This document shows positions 55,092 to 64,000 of a stretch of DNA of 64,000 nucleotides, in pieces. The notes below the pieces were generated by a model, which was given only the letters and a program-made list of their open reading frames with translations, searched no databases and had not been told where the DNA came from. Position numbers and translations under genes: made by a program. Within the stretch, counting starts at the first letter, position 1; each line of letters starts with the position of its first letter. Origin of the DNA: an uncultured Bacteroidales bacterium (GTDB taxonomy: Bacteria > Bacteroidota > Bacteroidia > Bacteroidales > UBA932); NCBI GenBank assembly GCA_944323785.1, contig CALUTU010000005.1:39319-103318 (forward strand). The letters are read 5' to 3'.

Positions 55092-56476
55092 CGCATCGCC
55101 TCCACCTCGTCAGCCGTAATAGGCAGATATTTGCCCAGACGGCGGTTGCCATTGTCCAGTATCATGTAATCCCGCTCTATCCTGAAGCCGCCGAAATCCC
55201 TGAACTTCTCTATCTCGTCGTAATTCAGGAAATCCTTGAACTTGCCGGTACTCCTCCACAAGTCTATCAACTCGGGGATAAAATAGATACCCGGCTCAAT
55301 GGTCAGCACGTAACCGGGCTCCAGTTCTCTGGCCAGACGCAGGGACTTGAGACCGAACTTTGTACTTCTCGGATGACCGTCATATCCTACCCAGGCCTCT
55401 CCGAGAGCCTCCATGTCATGCACGTCAAGGCCCAGCATATGACCGAGGCCGTTGGGGAAGAACAGGGCATGGGCTCCCTCCTGTACAGCCTCGTGTACAT
55501 TGCCTTTCATAAGACCCACACTCTTGAGATCTTCTGCCATCACCTCACATGCCCTCATATGCACATCCAGGAAAGGCACTCCGGGCCTGAGGGCCTCCAC
55601 TGCGGCCGTATGGGCGTGAAGCACTATGTCGTATATCATCCTCTGCCTATCGGTAAACCGCTTGCCTACAGGCGCAGTGGCTGATATGTCACCGGAATAG
55701 TGCATCCTGTTCTCAGCACCGGCGTTAAGAAGGAAAAGGTCGCCCTCCTGCATGATATTGCCGTACCAGTGATTGTTCAGTATCTGACCGTCAACCGTGG
55801 CTATTACCGGAAACGCCAGACCTATACCTTTTCTCAGCGCGATACCGGTAACCACGGAGACCACCTCCTTCTCCGACATGCCAGGATGTATCATGCTGAT
55901 CATGGCCAGATTCATGTCTGAGGATATGTTGACCGCATCCTCTATCTCCATTATCTCCTCGGGGGACTTGTGGCTCCTGAGGCTGATCACCGCCTTGATA
56001 AACGGTATCGACACACTGTCGTCAAATGCCCCGCCCGGCAGCCCTGCCAGATTGAACATCTTGACATAATGCCGTCCCCTGTAAGGAGGCAGGAAATGCA
56101 CCATCCGGCCCTTGTGCTCAGCCTTCATGAGCAGGGACCTGAGCTCGTCCATGGACCCCGTATGCTCCACGCCTGCCCTACTGCACAGTTCCCTTACAGG
56201 CAGGCTTCCCTTCCATACGATATTGTCTATGGTCAATTCATCTGTATATACGGACACCTTGCCGTCCTCCATGTCGATAAGGGCCGCAAGACCCGGAAAA
56301 TCAAGGCCGAAGAAATACAGGAACGTAGAATCCTGACGAAAAGGATAGGGATTGCCCGCATAATTCATACCGGACTCGTCATTGCCAAGGAACAGCAGAA
56401 GCCCGGACTGGTGGAGCCTCCTCATCTCTTCCACGAGAGCGGCTCTCCTTTCTATATAAGTCTCTTTTGAAAACAT
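55088..56476 (-). CDS. pepP: Xaa-Pro aminopeptidase (M24B)
   Basis: M24 metal-ligand region HGLGHMLGLDVHD and an N-terminal creatinase-like domain. Start set at MFSKETY (56476) because the upstream ATG falls in the -7 box. Confidence 0.88.
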   Translation of the reverse strand: MFSKETYIERRAALVEEMRRLHQSGLLLFLGNDESGMNYAGNPYPFRQDSTFLYFFGLDFPGLAALIDMEDGKVSVYTDELTIDNIVWKGSLPVRELCSRAGVEHTGSMDELRSLLMKAEHKGRMVHFLPPYRGRHYVKMFNLAGLPGGAFDDSVSIPFIKAVISLRSHKSPEEIMEIEDAVNISSDMNLAMISMIHPGMSEKEVVSVVTGIALRKGIGLAFPVIATVDGQILNNHWYGNIMQEGDLFLLNAGAENRMHYSGDISATAPVGKRFTDRQRMIYDIVLHAHTAAVEALRPGVPFLDVHMRACEVMAEDLKSVGLMKGNVHEAVQEGAHALFFPNGLGHMLGLDVHDMEALGEAWVGYDGHPRSTKFGLKSLRLARELEPGYVLTIEPGIYFIPELIDLWRSTGKFKDFLNYDEIEKFRDFGGFRIERDYMILDNGNRRLGKYLPITADEVEAMR

Positions 56477-56503
56477 GGCTAAGGTTTTATCAGGTTTTGA
56501 CTT

Positions 56504-56511
56504 CAAATTTA
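56504..56511 (-). promoter_or_regulatory. -7 box TAAATTTG (pepP / hydrogenase-like sensor operon)
   Basis: TAnnTTTG on the minus strand, 28 nt upstream of the ATG at 56476. Confidence 0.55.
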
Positions 56512-56576
56512 AACAATTTTATTCAAAAAGGCCAACAATTATTTATCTCTTCCATACTGCGAGACTTATTATCGCC

Positions 56577-56584
56577 TATATTTG
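56577..56584 (+). promoter_or_regulatory. -7 box TATATTTG (DPP-IV)
   Basis: TAnnTTTG 24 nt upstream of the ATG at 56608. Confidence 0.55.
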
Positions 56585-56607
56585 CGACATTTTAAGAATC
56601 ATTTCAT

Positions 56608-58845
56608 ATGAGACATATTACTGCATTCACACTGTTCTTCACGCTGGCGGCCATGGCGGCATACACTACTACGGCCCAGAGCGGCAGGCTCACACTGGAA
56701 GACATATACAAAAACCACGAATACGCGGCAAAAGGCATCACAGCCTTCAGATGGACCGATGACGGCCACTCGTTCCTGACCCTGGAGAAAGACTCAGCGA
56801 CAAACGGACAGAATCTGGTCCTCAACGACATCAGAACCGGAGAGAAGACTATCGCCGTAGCTGCGTCAAGTCTCATTCCAGAAGGATGCGGAAATCCATT
56901 GCCAATAGACGGATACAGTTGGTCGGCAGACCACTCCATGCTGCTGATATACACCAACTCCCAACGTGTGTGGAGGACAGCCAAAAGAGGCGACTACTGG
57001 CTCTACATACCCGCTTCCGGAGAGTTGCGCCAACTGGGACGGTCTGACTTCGAGCCTGCATCGATGCAGTTCGCCAAGTTCTCTCCCGACGGGACAATGA
57101 TCGCCTACGTATATAAGAACAACCTGTTCGTGGAAAGCCTGGCCGACGGTTCCGTGCGCCAGCTTACCTTCGACGGCAGCGATGAGATCATCAACGGACA
57201 GTTCGACTGGGTCTATGAGGAGGAGCTGCACCAGCAGGACGGCTGGCGCTGGAGTCCCGACAGCCGCAGCATCGCATACTGGCAGTTCGACACCCGCGGT
57301 ACGGGCACATTCTATATGATAGACAACATCGACTCGGTATATTCCACTGTCATTCCACTGCCCTATCCCAAAGCCGGCACCACCAACTCCGCTGCCCGTA
57401 TCGGCGTAGTGGACGTGGACATTGACGGGCCTCAGACCCGCTGGCTGGCCATTCCCGGAGATCCAAGAGACAATTACCTGGCCCGGATGGAGTTCGTTCC
57501 GGGTACTGACAGACTGATGATCCAGCAGCTCAACCGCCTGCAGAACACAGACAAAGTCTACTACGCTGACATAAGAACCATGGAGCTTGACAATTTCATG
57601 ACCGAGACCGACGAGGCATTTCTCGACGTCCACGACGACATAGTCTGGCTGAACAACGGAAAACACTTCACCTGGACCAGCGAACGGGACGGATGGAGAC
57701 ACCTCTACAGAATATCCAGTGACGGCAGCGAAGTCTCCCTCATCACCAAAGGAGACTTTGATGTCATAGATGTGGTGAGAATCGACCCTGAGAGCGGATG
57801 GGTGTACTACATCGCATCTCCGGACAGCCCGGTAGACAGATATCTCTACCGCAGTCGCCTGGACGGCCGTGGCAAGACCGAGCGGATTACTCCAGCCGAC
57901 GCGCCCGCAGGCCATCACGGTTACATGATATCCCCCGATGCCAAGTACGCCATGCACACCTTCAGCAACAGCGAGACCCCTACCGTCTACGAGATAGTCA
58001 CGCTGCCCGGACACAAGACTGTCCGCACCCTGGAGGACAACCATGAACTGGCAGAGAGATTCGCCGCCGTCAACCCCGGGGCCAAGGAATTTTTCCGGGT
58101 GGACATCGGCGACGTGGTACTGGACGGATGGATGATCAAGCCAACCGGATTCGACTCCACCGCAAAATACCCGGTCATCTTCTACATCTACGGCGAGCCC
58201 TGGCAGTCCACAGTCCAGAACTCTTGGAGCGGAGGCGATCTGTGGAGCCGCTTCCTGGCACAGGAAGGCTACATCGTCATGAGCATCGACCCGCGCGGAG
58301 TGGCCACACCGAGAGGCCGCGAGTGGCGCAAATGCGTCTACGGCAAAGTCGGCATCATACCGCCGGCGGACCATGCGGCAGCCGTGACCAAACTCCTTCA
58401 GACCTACAGCTTCATGGACCCGGACCGTATCGGCATCTGGGGCTGGAGCGGAGGAGGCTCGTCCACCGCACATCTGATGTTCAAATACCCCTCTATCTAC
58501 TCAACAGGGATAGCCGTGGCCGGAGTATATTCCCAGTACCTCTACGACACCATTTACCAGGAAAGGTACATGGGGCTGCCCTCCACCAATCCGCAGGGAT
58601 TCCATGACGGCTCTCCCATCAATTTCGCATCCGGACTGAAAGGCGACCTGCTGCTGATTCACGGCACGGGAGACGACAATGTCCACTACCAGAGCTGCGA
58701 GATGCTGGTCAACGAGCTCATCCGCCAGAACAAGATGTTCGACATGCTCTCCTACCCCATGCGCTCGCACAGCATCAACGAGAGGGAGAACACCACATAC
58801 CACCTCTATCAGTATATGTTCAGATACTGGGAGGAACACTTATAA
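56608..58845 (+). CDS. Dipeptidyl-peptidase IV (S9B prolyl peptidase)
   Basis: 745-aa ORF with a signal peptide and N-terminal beta-propeller. Catalytic Ser motif GIWGWSGGG, followed by GTGDDNVH. Confidence 0.92.
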   Translation: MRHITAFTLFFTLAAMAAYTTTAQSGRLTLEDIYKNHEYAAKGITAFRWTDDGHSFLTLEKDSATNGQNLVLNDIRTGEKTIAVAASSLIPEGCGNPLPIDGYSWSADHSMLLIYTNSQRVWRTAKRGDYWLYIPASGELRQLGRSDFEPASMQFAKFSPDGTMIAYVYKNNLFVESLADGSVRQLTFDGSDEIINGQFDWVYEEELHQQDGWRWSPDSRSIAYWQFDTRGTGTFYMIDNIDSVYSTVIPLPYPKAGTTNSAARIGVVDVDIDGPQTRWLAIPGDPRDNYLARMEFVPGTDRLMIQQLNRLQNTDKVYYADIRTMELDNFMTETDEAFLDVHDDIVWLNNGKHFTWTSERDGWRHLYRISSDGSEVSLITKGDFDVIDVVRIDPESGWVYYIASPDSPVDRYLYRSRLDGRGKTERITPADAPAGHHGYMISPDAKYAMHTFSNSETPTVYEIVTLPGHKTVRTLEDNHELAERFAAVNPGAKEFFRVDIGDVVLDGWMIKPTGFDSTAKYPVIFYIYGEPWQSTVQNSWSGGDLWSRFLAQEGYIVMSIDPRGVATPRGREWRKCVYGKVGIIPPADHAAAVTKLLQTYSFMDPDRIGIWGWSGGGSSTAHLMFKYPSIYSTGIAVAGVYSQYLYDTIYQERYMGLPSTNPQGFHDGSPINFASGLKGDLLLIHGTGDDNVHYQSCEMLVNELIRQNKMFDMLSYPMRSHSINERENTTYHLYQYMFRYWEEHL

Positions 58846-58872
58846 CAGTCACTCTCCACCAGACATCAGATT

Positions 58873-59211
58873 ATGGAAGATTACTTTAAGAATGTGGAAT
58901 GCGCCGTTACTGTGTGCGACACCGAGTGCGTAATCGTATACCAGAACGAGAAGTCCGTGGCAGTGAACGGAGACATGCGGGGCCGCTGCATGCTCGGCTG
59001 CCACAATGACCGCTCCCGCGGCATAATCGCCCGCATCCTCACCGAAGGCATCACCAACTCGTACACCATCAGCAAGAAGGGACAGCGCAAGCTGATACAT
59101 CAGACTCCCTGGTACAAGGACGCAGCCGACGGCTCCGGCAAGACTGTTGCCGGCATCATCGAGCTTTCCATCGTCATCCCCGAGCGGATGCCCCACTACG
59201 ACCGCGGCTGA
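58873..59211 (+). CDS. Small Cys-rich PAS-like protein
   Basis: 112-aa ORF. The segment VTVCDTECVIVYQNEKSVAVNG... resembles a single PAS fold, from memory. Contains 6 Cys. Confidence 0.55.
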   Translation: MEDYFKNVECAVTVCDTECVIVYQNEKSVAVNGDMRGRCMLGCHNDRSRGIIARILTEGITNSYTISKKGQRKLIHQTPWYKDAADGSGKTVAGIIELSIVIPERMPHYDRG

Positions 59212-59342
59212 GCAAAGTGATTGTCCTGTAGAATATTCAGTCCACAGTGCGTTCTATGCCTGTTTTTATATTTGGACAATGAGGATAAATTCTCTACCTT
59301 CGTATAGAATTTTACTTTATTAACATAAATAACCAAGGTATT

Positions 59343-60215
59343 ATGAACGACAGATATGAGTTGAACAAGAACCTGGCCCAGATGCTCAAAGGCGGCGTCA
59401 TCATGGACGTCACCACTCCCGAGCAGGCCAAGATTGCAGAACAAGCAGGAGCAGCCGCAGTAATGGCTCTCGAGCGGATACCCGCGGACATCCGTGCCGC
59501 CGGCGGAGTATCCCGCATGAGCGACCCGAAAATGATCCGCGGCATCCAGAATGCAGTCAGCATCCCCGTCATGGCCAAGGTCCGCATCGGACATTTCGTA
59601 GAGGCCCAGATACTCCAGGCCCTGGAGATCGACTACATCGACGAGAGCGAGGTGCTCTCCCCCGCCGACGGTGTATACCACATCGACAAGACCAAGTTCC
59701 GCGTACCCTTCGTCTGTGGAGCCAAGAACCTGGGCGAGGCCCTGCGCCGTATCGCCGAGGGAGCCTCGATGATCCGCACCAAGGGCGAACCCGGCACCGG
59801 TGACGTGATACAGGCCGTGACCCACATGCGCAGCATGATGCGTGACATCCGCCGTCTCCAGGCCCTGCCCGAGGACGAGCTGTACAACGAGGCCAAAGAA
59901 CTGGAAGTACCCTACGACCTGGTCAAGTACGTACACGAGAACGGCAAGCTGCCAGTGGTAAACTTCGCAGCCGGCGGAGTGGCAACCCCTGCTGACGCCG
60001 CCCTGATGATGCAGCTCGGCGCAGAGGGAGTCTTCGTAGGCTCCGGTATCTTCAAGTCCGGCAATCCGGAGAAGAGGGCCCGCGCCATCGTCAACGCTGT
60101 GACCAACTACAACGACGCAGCCCTGCTGGCAGAGGTATCCACCGACCTGGGCGAAGCCATGGTCGGCATCAACGAGGAGGAGATCACCATCCTGATGGCC
60201 GAAAGAGGCAAGTAA
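59343..60215 (+). CDS. pdxS: Pyridoxal 5'-phosphate synthase lyase subunit
   Basis: 290-aa ORF with the highly conserved PdxS sequence ([13 protein letters not shown]...). Confidence 0.96.
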   Translation: MNDRYELNKNLAQMLKGGVIMDVTTPEQAKIAEQAGAAAVMALERIPADIRAAGGVSRMSDPKMIRGIQNAVSIPVMAKVRIGHFVEAQILQALEIDYIDESEVLSPADGVYHIDKTKFRVPFVCGAKNLGEALRRIAEGASMIRTKGEPGTGDVIQAVTHMRSMMRDIRRLQALPEDELYNEAKELEVPYDLVKYVHENGKLPVVNFAAGGVATPADAALMMQLGAEGVFVGSGIFKSGNPEKRARAIVNAVTNYNDAALLAEVSTDLGEAMVGINEEEITILMAERGK

Positions 60216-60233
60216 TCCCGAATCCACACGACA

Positions 60234-60815
60234 ATGCACACAATAGGCATTCTCGCTCTACAGGGGGCCTTCCTCGAGCACGGACAGATGCTGGAAGGCC
60301 TCGGTGTGGAGCACTTCGAAATCCGTCAGTCGGATGATCTGAACCGGCCGATGGACGGGCTCATCCTGCCCGGCGGCGAGAGCACCGCAATGGGCAAGTT
60401 GATGGATTGCCTGGACATGCTGCAGCCGCTCAGGGAACGCATCACCGGAGGACTACCCGTCTTCGGTACCTGCGCCGGCATGATACTGCTGGCCAAGGAC
60501 CTGGGTGACGAACCCCGCCGCTTCCTGCAGACCATGGACATCCGCGTGCTGCGCAACGCCTACGGCCGGCAGCTCGGCAGCTTCTTCACACGCAGTACCT
60601 TCGCCGGAATGGAGGACGTGCCCATGACATTTATCCGCGCCCCTTACATCGAACAGGTAACCGCTCCGGACGTAGAAGTGCTGGCCACGGTAGACAGCCA
60701 CATCGTCGCCGCCCGCCAGCGCAACATGCTCGCCACCTCTTTCCATCCCGAACTGAACGACGACCCACGCATCCACCGCTGGTTCATCGAGCACCTTATA
60801 GAGAAGCCGGAATAA
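60234..60815 (+). CDS. pdxT: Pyridoxal 5'-phosphate synthase glutaminase subunit
   Basis: 193-aa ORF with the class I amidotransferase motif GTCAGMILL and C-terminal FHPE. Confidence 0.95.
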   Translation: MHTIGILALQGAFLEHGQMLEGLGVEHFEIRQSDDLNRPMDGLILPGGESTAMGKLMDCLDMLQPLRERITGGLPVFGTCAGMILLAKDLGDEPRRFLQTMDIRVLRNAYGRQLGSFFTRSTFAGMEDVPMTFIRAPYIEQVTAPDVEVLATVDSHIVAARQRNMLATSFHPELNDDPRIHRWFIEHLIEKPE

Positions 60816-60830
60816 ACTCCGGCTTTTTTA
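60805..60830 (+). terminator. Rho-independent terminator (pdxT)
   Basis: AGCCGGA-N6-TCCGGCT followed by TTTTTATTT. The stem overlaps the stop codon. Confidence 0.75.
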
Positions 60831-60881
60831 TTTCGGGATTATAGATTAACTTTGTGCTGATAACATCAACCGATAGGAGGA

Positions 60882-62132
60882 TTGGCTATGATGAAATACC
60901 CGATAGGAGTTCAGAGTTTTGAGCAGATAATTCAGGACGGCTACGTCTATGTGGACAAGACGGCCATGATTTACGATTTAGTGAAAAAGGGAAAGATATA
61001 CTTCCTGAGCCGCCCGCGCAGATTCGGAAAGAGCCTGCTGATGTCCACTCTCGAAAACTATTTCCTCGGAAGAAAGGAACTGTTCAGAGGACTGGCCATA
61101 GATACGCTGGAGAAAGAGTGGCTGGAATATCCGGTGTTCCATATAGACTTCAATGGAGGCAATTTCAAGGAAGCCGGTATTCTGGAGGGCATTCTGGAAG
61201 ATACAGTCTCGGCCTGGGAGAGGAATTATCCGCCAACGGACAGATACACAGGTGTGGGAAGGCGTTTTCAGGAAGTGCTGCGGACAGCGCACGAACGCAC
61301 GGGCCGCAGGTGCGTGGTGCTCATCGACGAGTACGACAAACCCCTGCTGGACGTGCTGGAGACGGGCCTCACCACTGTCATTGACGGACAGGAGAGGCTT
61401 CTGGAGGATTGGCATAAAGATGTACTGCGAGGCTTCTACTCGGTATTCAAGGCCGCAGACGCCGACCTCCAGTTCGTGCTCCTCACCGGAGTGACAAAGT
61501 TCGCACAAGTGAGCGTCTTCAGCGGGTTCAACCAGCCGAAGGATATCAGCATGGACAGCCGGTACGACACCCTGTGCGGAATAACACAGCAGGAACTGGA
61601 AAGCTGTTTCGCAGAGCCTATCAAGGACTTGGCGGCAAAGTACGGAGTCAGCGTACCGGAGATTACAGACAGCCTCAAACGCCGCTATGACGGATACCAT
61701 TTCAGCGAGGAGATGACGGATGTCTACAACCCTTTCAGTCTGCTCAATGTATTCGATTCTCTAAAAATGAGGGACTACTGGATGACGACAGGCACCTCGG
61801 ACTACCTGGTCAGGCTGCTCTCCAAAGGCGACGAGAACATGGAGGAGATGCTGAGAGGCGAGTACACCCCGTCAGCTTTCGCGGACTACAAGGCCACGGT
61901 AGAGATGCCCCTGCCCATGATATACCAGAGCGGATACCTGACCATCAAGGGATATGACCGGGAGACGGAACTTTTCAGGCTGGACTTTCCCAACGAGGAG
62001 GTCCGCCGGGGATTCCTCTCCATGCTGGCATCAGGCTACATCAGCAAGTCCGATGCCCGGATGGAAAGTTGGGCTGCAAATGTCCGCAATGCTCTGAACA
62101 AGGGCAATATCGACGACTGGCAGACCGCATAA
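60882..62132 (+). CDS. AAA-ATPase-like domain protein, apparently lacking the usual C-terminal PD-(D/E)XK domain
   Basis: N-terminus MKYPIGVQSFEQIIQDGYVYVDKTAMIYDL...RPRRFGKSL is typical of the Bacteroidales AAA-ATPase_like/PDDEXK_9 family. The product ends at 416 aa, where full-length members (about 500+ aa, from memory) begin the nuclease domain. Start may be 60891. Confidence 0.75.
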   Translation: MAMMKYPIGVQSFEQIIQDGYVYVDKTAMIYDLVKKGKIYFLSRPRRFGKSLLMSTLENYFLGRKELFRGLAIDTLEKEWLEYPVFHIDFNGGNFKEAGILEGILEDTVSAWERNYPPTDRYTGVGRRFQEVLRTAHERTGRRCVVLIDEYDKPLLDVLETGLTTVIDGQERLLEDWHKDVLRGFYSVFKAADADLQFVLLTGVTKFAQVSVFSGFNQPKDISMDSRYDTLCGITQQELESCFAEPIKDLAAKYGVSVPEITDSLKRRYDGYHFSEEMTDVYNPFSLLNVFDSLKMRDYWMTTGTSDYLVRLLSKGDENMEEMLRGEYTPSAFADYKATVEMPLPMIYQSGYLTIKGYDRETELFRLDFPNEEVRRGFLSMLASGYISKSDARMESWAANVRNALNKGNIDDWQTA

Positions 62133-62138
62133 ATTGTA

Positions 62139-62146
62139 TATCTTTG
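62139..62146 (+). promoter_or_regulatory. -7 box TATCTTTG (Cof-type HAD gene)
   Basis: TAnnTTTG 20 nt upstream of the ATG at 62166. Confidence 0.5.
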
Positions 62147-62165
62147 CGGACTGAAATTTCAAGAA

Positions 62166-62951
62166 ATGATAAAAGCACTGTTTTTCGACATAGACGGGAC
62201 ACTGGTAAGTTTCAGGACGCATTCGGTTCCGAAGCCGACCGTAGAGGCTCTTGCCGAAGCCAGAAGGCGTGGAGTGAGGATATTTATCTCCACCGGCAGA
62301 CCGAAGCCGCTGATCAACAACCTTGACCCCATAGAAAGTCTGATAGACGGCTATATCACTGTAAACGGAGCGATATGCACTGTCGGATCAGAGACCGTAT
62401 CCCGCAATCCCATAGACCCCAAAGACGTGGAGGTCATCCTCCACGCTGCTGACCGGATGGACGTGCCATCCTTGATAGTCGGTGAGGCCAGGGCCATCGT
62501 ACACAACCACAAGCCCATAGTAGACCGTATCTTCGGCGGGATGCTGGCCATAACCGGGATCGACCGGGCCACCACTACGGAACGGATGCTGACGGAGCCT
62601 ATATACCAGATGACCCCGTTCTTCGACACAGATCAGGAAGCGGAGGTGGCCAGGCTGCTCAGGCACTCCGAATCCACCCGCTGGTGCGAGTACTTCTCTG
62701 ACGTTATCTCAGCCGACGCCGACAAGGGACGCGGCATGGAGATCATAGCCGGACATGAAGGCATCGCCTTGGACGAATGCATGGCGTTCGGAGACGGGGG
62801 CAACGACATATCCATCCTGAAAAAGGCCGGCACCGGTGTGGCTATGGGCAACGCCGGGGATGAGGTAAAGGCCGCAGCAGACTACGTCACCGAGCACATA
62901 GACAACGAAGGGGTCGCCAAGGCCCTAAGACACTTCGGGGTCATCGCATAA
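62166..62951 (+). CDS. Cof-type HAD-IIB phosphatase
   Basis: 261-aa ORF with motif I FFDIDGTL and motif IV GDGGNDISIL. Confidence 0.88.
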   Translation: MIKALFFDIDGTLVSFRTHSVPKPTVEALAEARRRGVRIFISTGRPKPLINNLDPIESLIDGYITVNGAICTVGSETVSRNPIDPKDVEVILHAADRMDVPSLIVGEARAIVHNHKPIVDRIFGGMLAITGIDRATTTERMLTEPIYQMTPFFDTDQEAEVARLLRHSESTRWCEYFSDVISADADKGRGMEIIAGHEGIALDECMAFGDGGNDISILKKAGTGVAMGNAGDEVKAAADYVTEHIDNEGVAKALRHFGVIA

Positions 62952-62988
62952 CATACATTTTTCCACATTCATCTAAGCAGACACAGCA

Positions 62989-63834
62989 ATGGACAATAAA
63001 AGAGATTTCGCAAAAGTATTCATGATAGCCGGCAGCGAACCCCTCGGGTGCTGCGGCATACAGGCTGACATCAAGGCCGTATCGGCATGCGGAGGATTCG
63101 CAGCCGGAGCCACTACACTTCTGGTAGACATGAACACCACCCAGGTCAAGGGCATCCATACCATGCCCGTGGACATCATCCTGAAACAGAGCCGGGACTT
63201 TCTGGACGATGTCGGAGCCGACTGCATCAAGACAGGTATGCTCTACGAGAAGCAGATAGTCGAGGCCGTGGCGGGCCTGCTGCGCGAATATCCGGACGTA
63301 CCCAAGGTCATCGACCCGGTCATGGTGGACTCGGGCGGCAGGGCCCTCATCCTGCAGGAGTCGATAGACGCTTACCGCGAGCTGCTCTTCCCCCAGGCTG
63401 AGATCATCACCCCCAACATACACGAGGCCCGCGTCCTGGCCGATGAGACCGTCACTCTGGACAACGTGGACAGACTCATCAGAAAGATAGCCGAGACCGG
63501 CTGCTCCGTAATCATCAAGTCCATACCCGACGGCGAGAATCTGGTGGACGTGCTGTACAACCGCCGTAACGACACCGTCAGACGTTTCTACAAACGTCAC
63601 ATAGACACCCGCAACGTCAACGGCACCGGCGACACATTCGGCTCGGCCATAGCCACCTACATCGCCAGAAAATACGACCTTGAGGCTGCGGTCGAGAGAG
63701 CGGAGATATTCATCAACGAGTCCATAGCCTACGGCTCCGGCTTCCGCTTCGGTCCCGGCTACGGCCCGGTACATCCGTTCTACCGCACGATTGACTTCTT
63801 CGAGAGGGAAGACAGAAGCTACTCCTTGAAATAG
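62989..63834 (+). CDS. thiD: Hydroxymethylpyrimidine/phosphomethylpyrimidine kinase or pyridoxal kinase (ThiD/PdxK, PfkB family)
   Basis: 281-aa ORF with N-terminal IAGSEPLGCCGIQADIKA, KTGML, and C-terminal GTGDTFGSAIA. Confidence 0.8.
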   Translation: MDNKRDFAKVFMIAGSEPLGCCGIQADIKAVSACGGFAAGATTLLVDMNTTQVKGIHTMPVDIILKQSRDFLDDVGADCIKTGMLYEKQIVEAVAGLLREYPDVPKVIDPVMVDSGGRALILQESIDAYRELLFPQAEIITPNIHEARVLADETVTLDNVDRLIRKIAETGCSVIIKSIPDGENLVDVLYNRRNDTVRRFYKRHIDTRNVNGTGDTFGSAIATYIARKYDLEAAVERAEIFINESIAYGSGFRFGPGYGPVHPFYRTIDFFEREDRSYSLK

Positions 63835-64000
63835 ACACGCTTGACACGGCGGGAGACGCTGGTCAGCACCTCGTAGGGAATGGTTCCGAGCTTGTCGGCA
63901 ATCTCGGTCACGGGAATATTGTACCCGAAAATCTCCACCTCATCCCCTACCTGCGCTCCTGAGCCGGTCACATCCAGCATACAGGCATCCATGCAGATAT
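63819..64000 (-). CDS. alr: Alanine racemase, C-terminal fragment (continues beyond the window)
   Basis: Minus-strand translation reads ...ICMDACMLDVTGSGAQVGDEVEIFGYNIPVTEIADKLGTIPYEVLTSVSRRVKRVYFKE*. This matches the conserved Alr C-terminus (MD..M.DV...GD.V..FG...ELA...GTI.YE.LT...RV.R.Y). Overlaps the thiD 3' end by 16 nt. Not in the ORF track because it is truncated. Confidence 0.75.
   Translation of the reverse strand, partial: ICMDACMLDVTGSGAQVGDEVEIFGYNIPVTEIADKLGTIPYEVLTSVSRRVKRVYFKE

Noticed and set aside
1-64000. tRNA, rRNA, tmRNA, riboswitch, transposase, prophage, toxin-antitoxin and known defence-system genes.
   Set aside because: I scanned the intergenic regions by eye and found no cloverleaf-like GTTCGAATC-type T-arms and no rRNA-like stretches. 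No ORF product resembles a transposase, phage structural protein, restriction or Cas protein. The only nuclease-family gene (60882-62132) lacks its nuclease domain.

Overview
This is a chromosomal window from a Bacteroidales-type genome. Supporting signs are many TAnnTTTG -7 promoter boxes 20-70 nt upstream of starts, a parA-parB-DUF5683-like-LysM transglycosylase arrangement, numerous lipoproteins with acidic residues just after the lipobox Cys, BACON/FN3/PCMD-like surface proteins, and methylmalonyl-CoA mutase. GC is about mid-50s % by eye. Most of the window is tightly packed housekeeping: parAB, purE, hpt, adk, obg, lplA, hpf, xerC, rpsU, mutAB, hutU, parE, plsC, an acyl-CoA ligase, rsmI, tdk, an ABC exporter, a split 5'-nucleotidase, pepP, DPP-IV, pdxST, thiD/pdxK and the alr 3' end. 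I saw no rRNA, tRNA, CRISPR-cas, transposase, prophage or recognisable defence genes. Three things stand out. (1) A ~1.7-kb gene-free convergent spacer (36257-37931) is built almost entirely of nested repeats. It holds a 453-bp direct duplication of a mosaic of three hairpin modules, a 106-bp tandem array and a ~52-bp G-rich tandem array. Related module copies sit at two other convergent gene ends (21.4 kb and 51.5 kb), and one module shows compensatory stem changes. (2) Two minus-strand operons (21678-31990 and 37932-43074) encode only predicted surface lipoproteins plus one small outer-membrane beta-barrel. The proteins are modular paralogues, and no SusC/D, enzyme or regulator genes are present. 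(3) A sensory-type [FeFe]-hydrogenase-like protein with a PAS domain is flanked by a 2Fe-2S protein and a SpoIIE/PP2C phosphatase, and appears co-transcribed with Xaa-Pro aminopeptidase. All domain names come from motif recognition and memory, not from searches.
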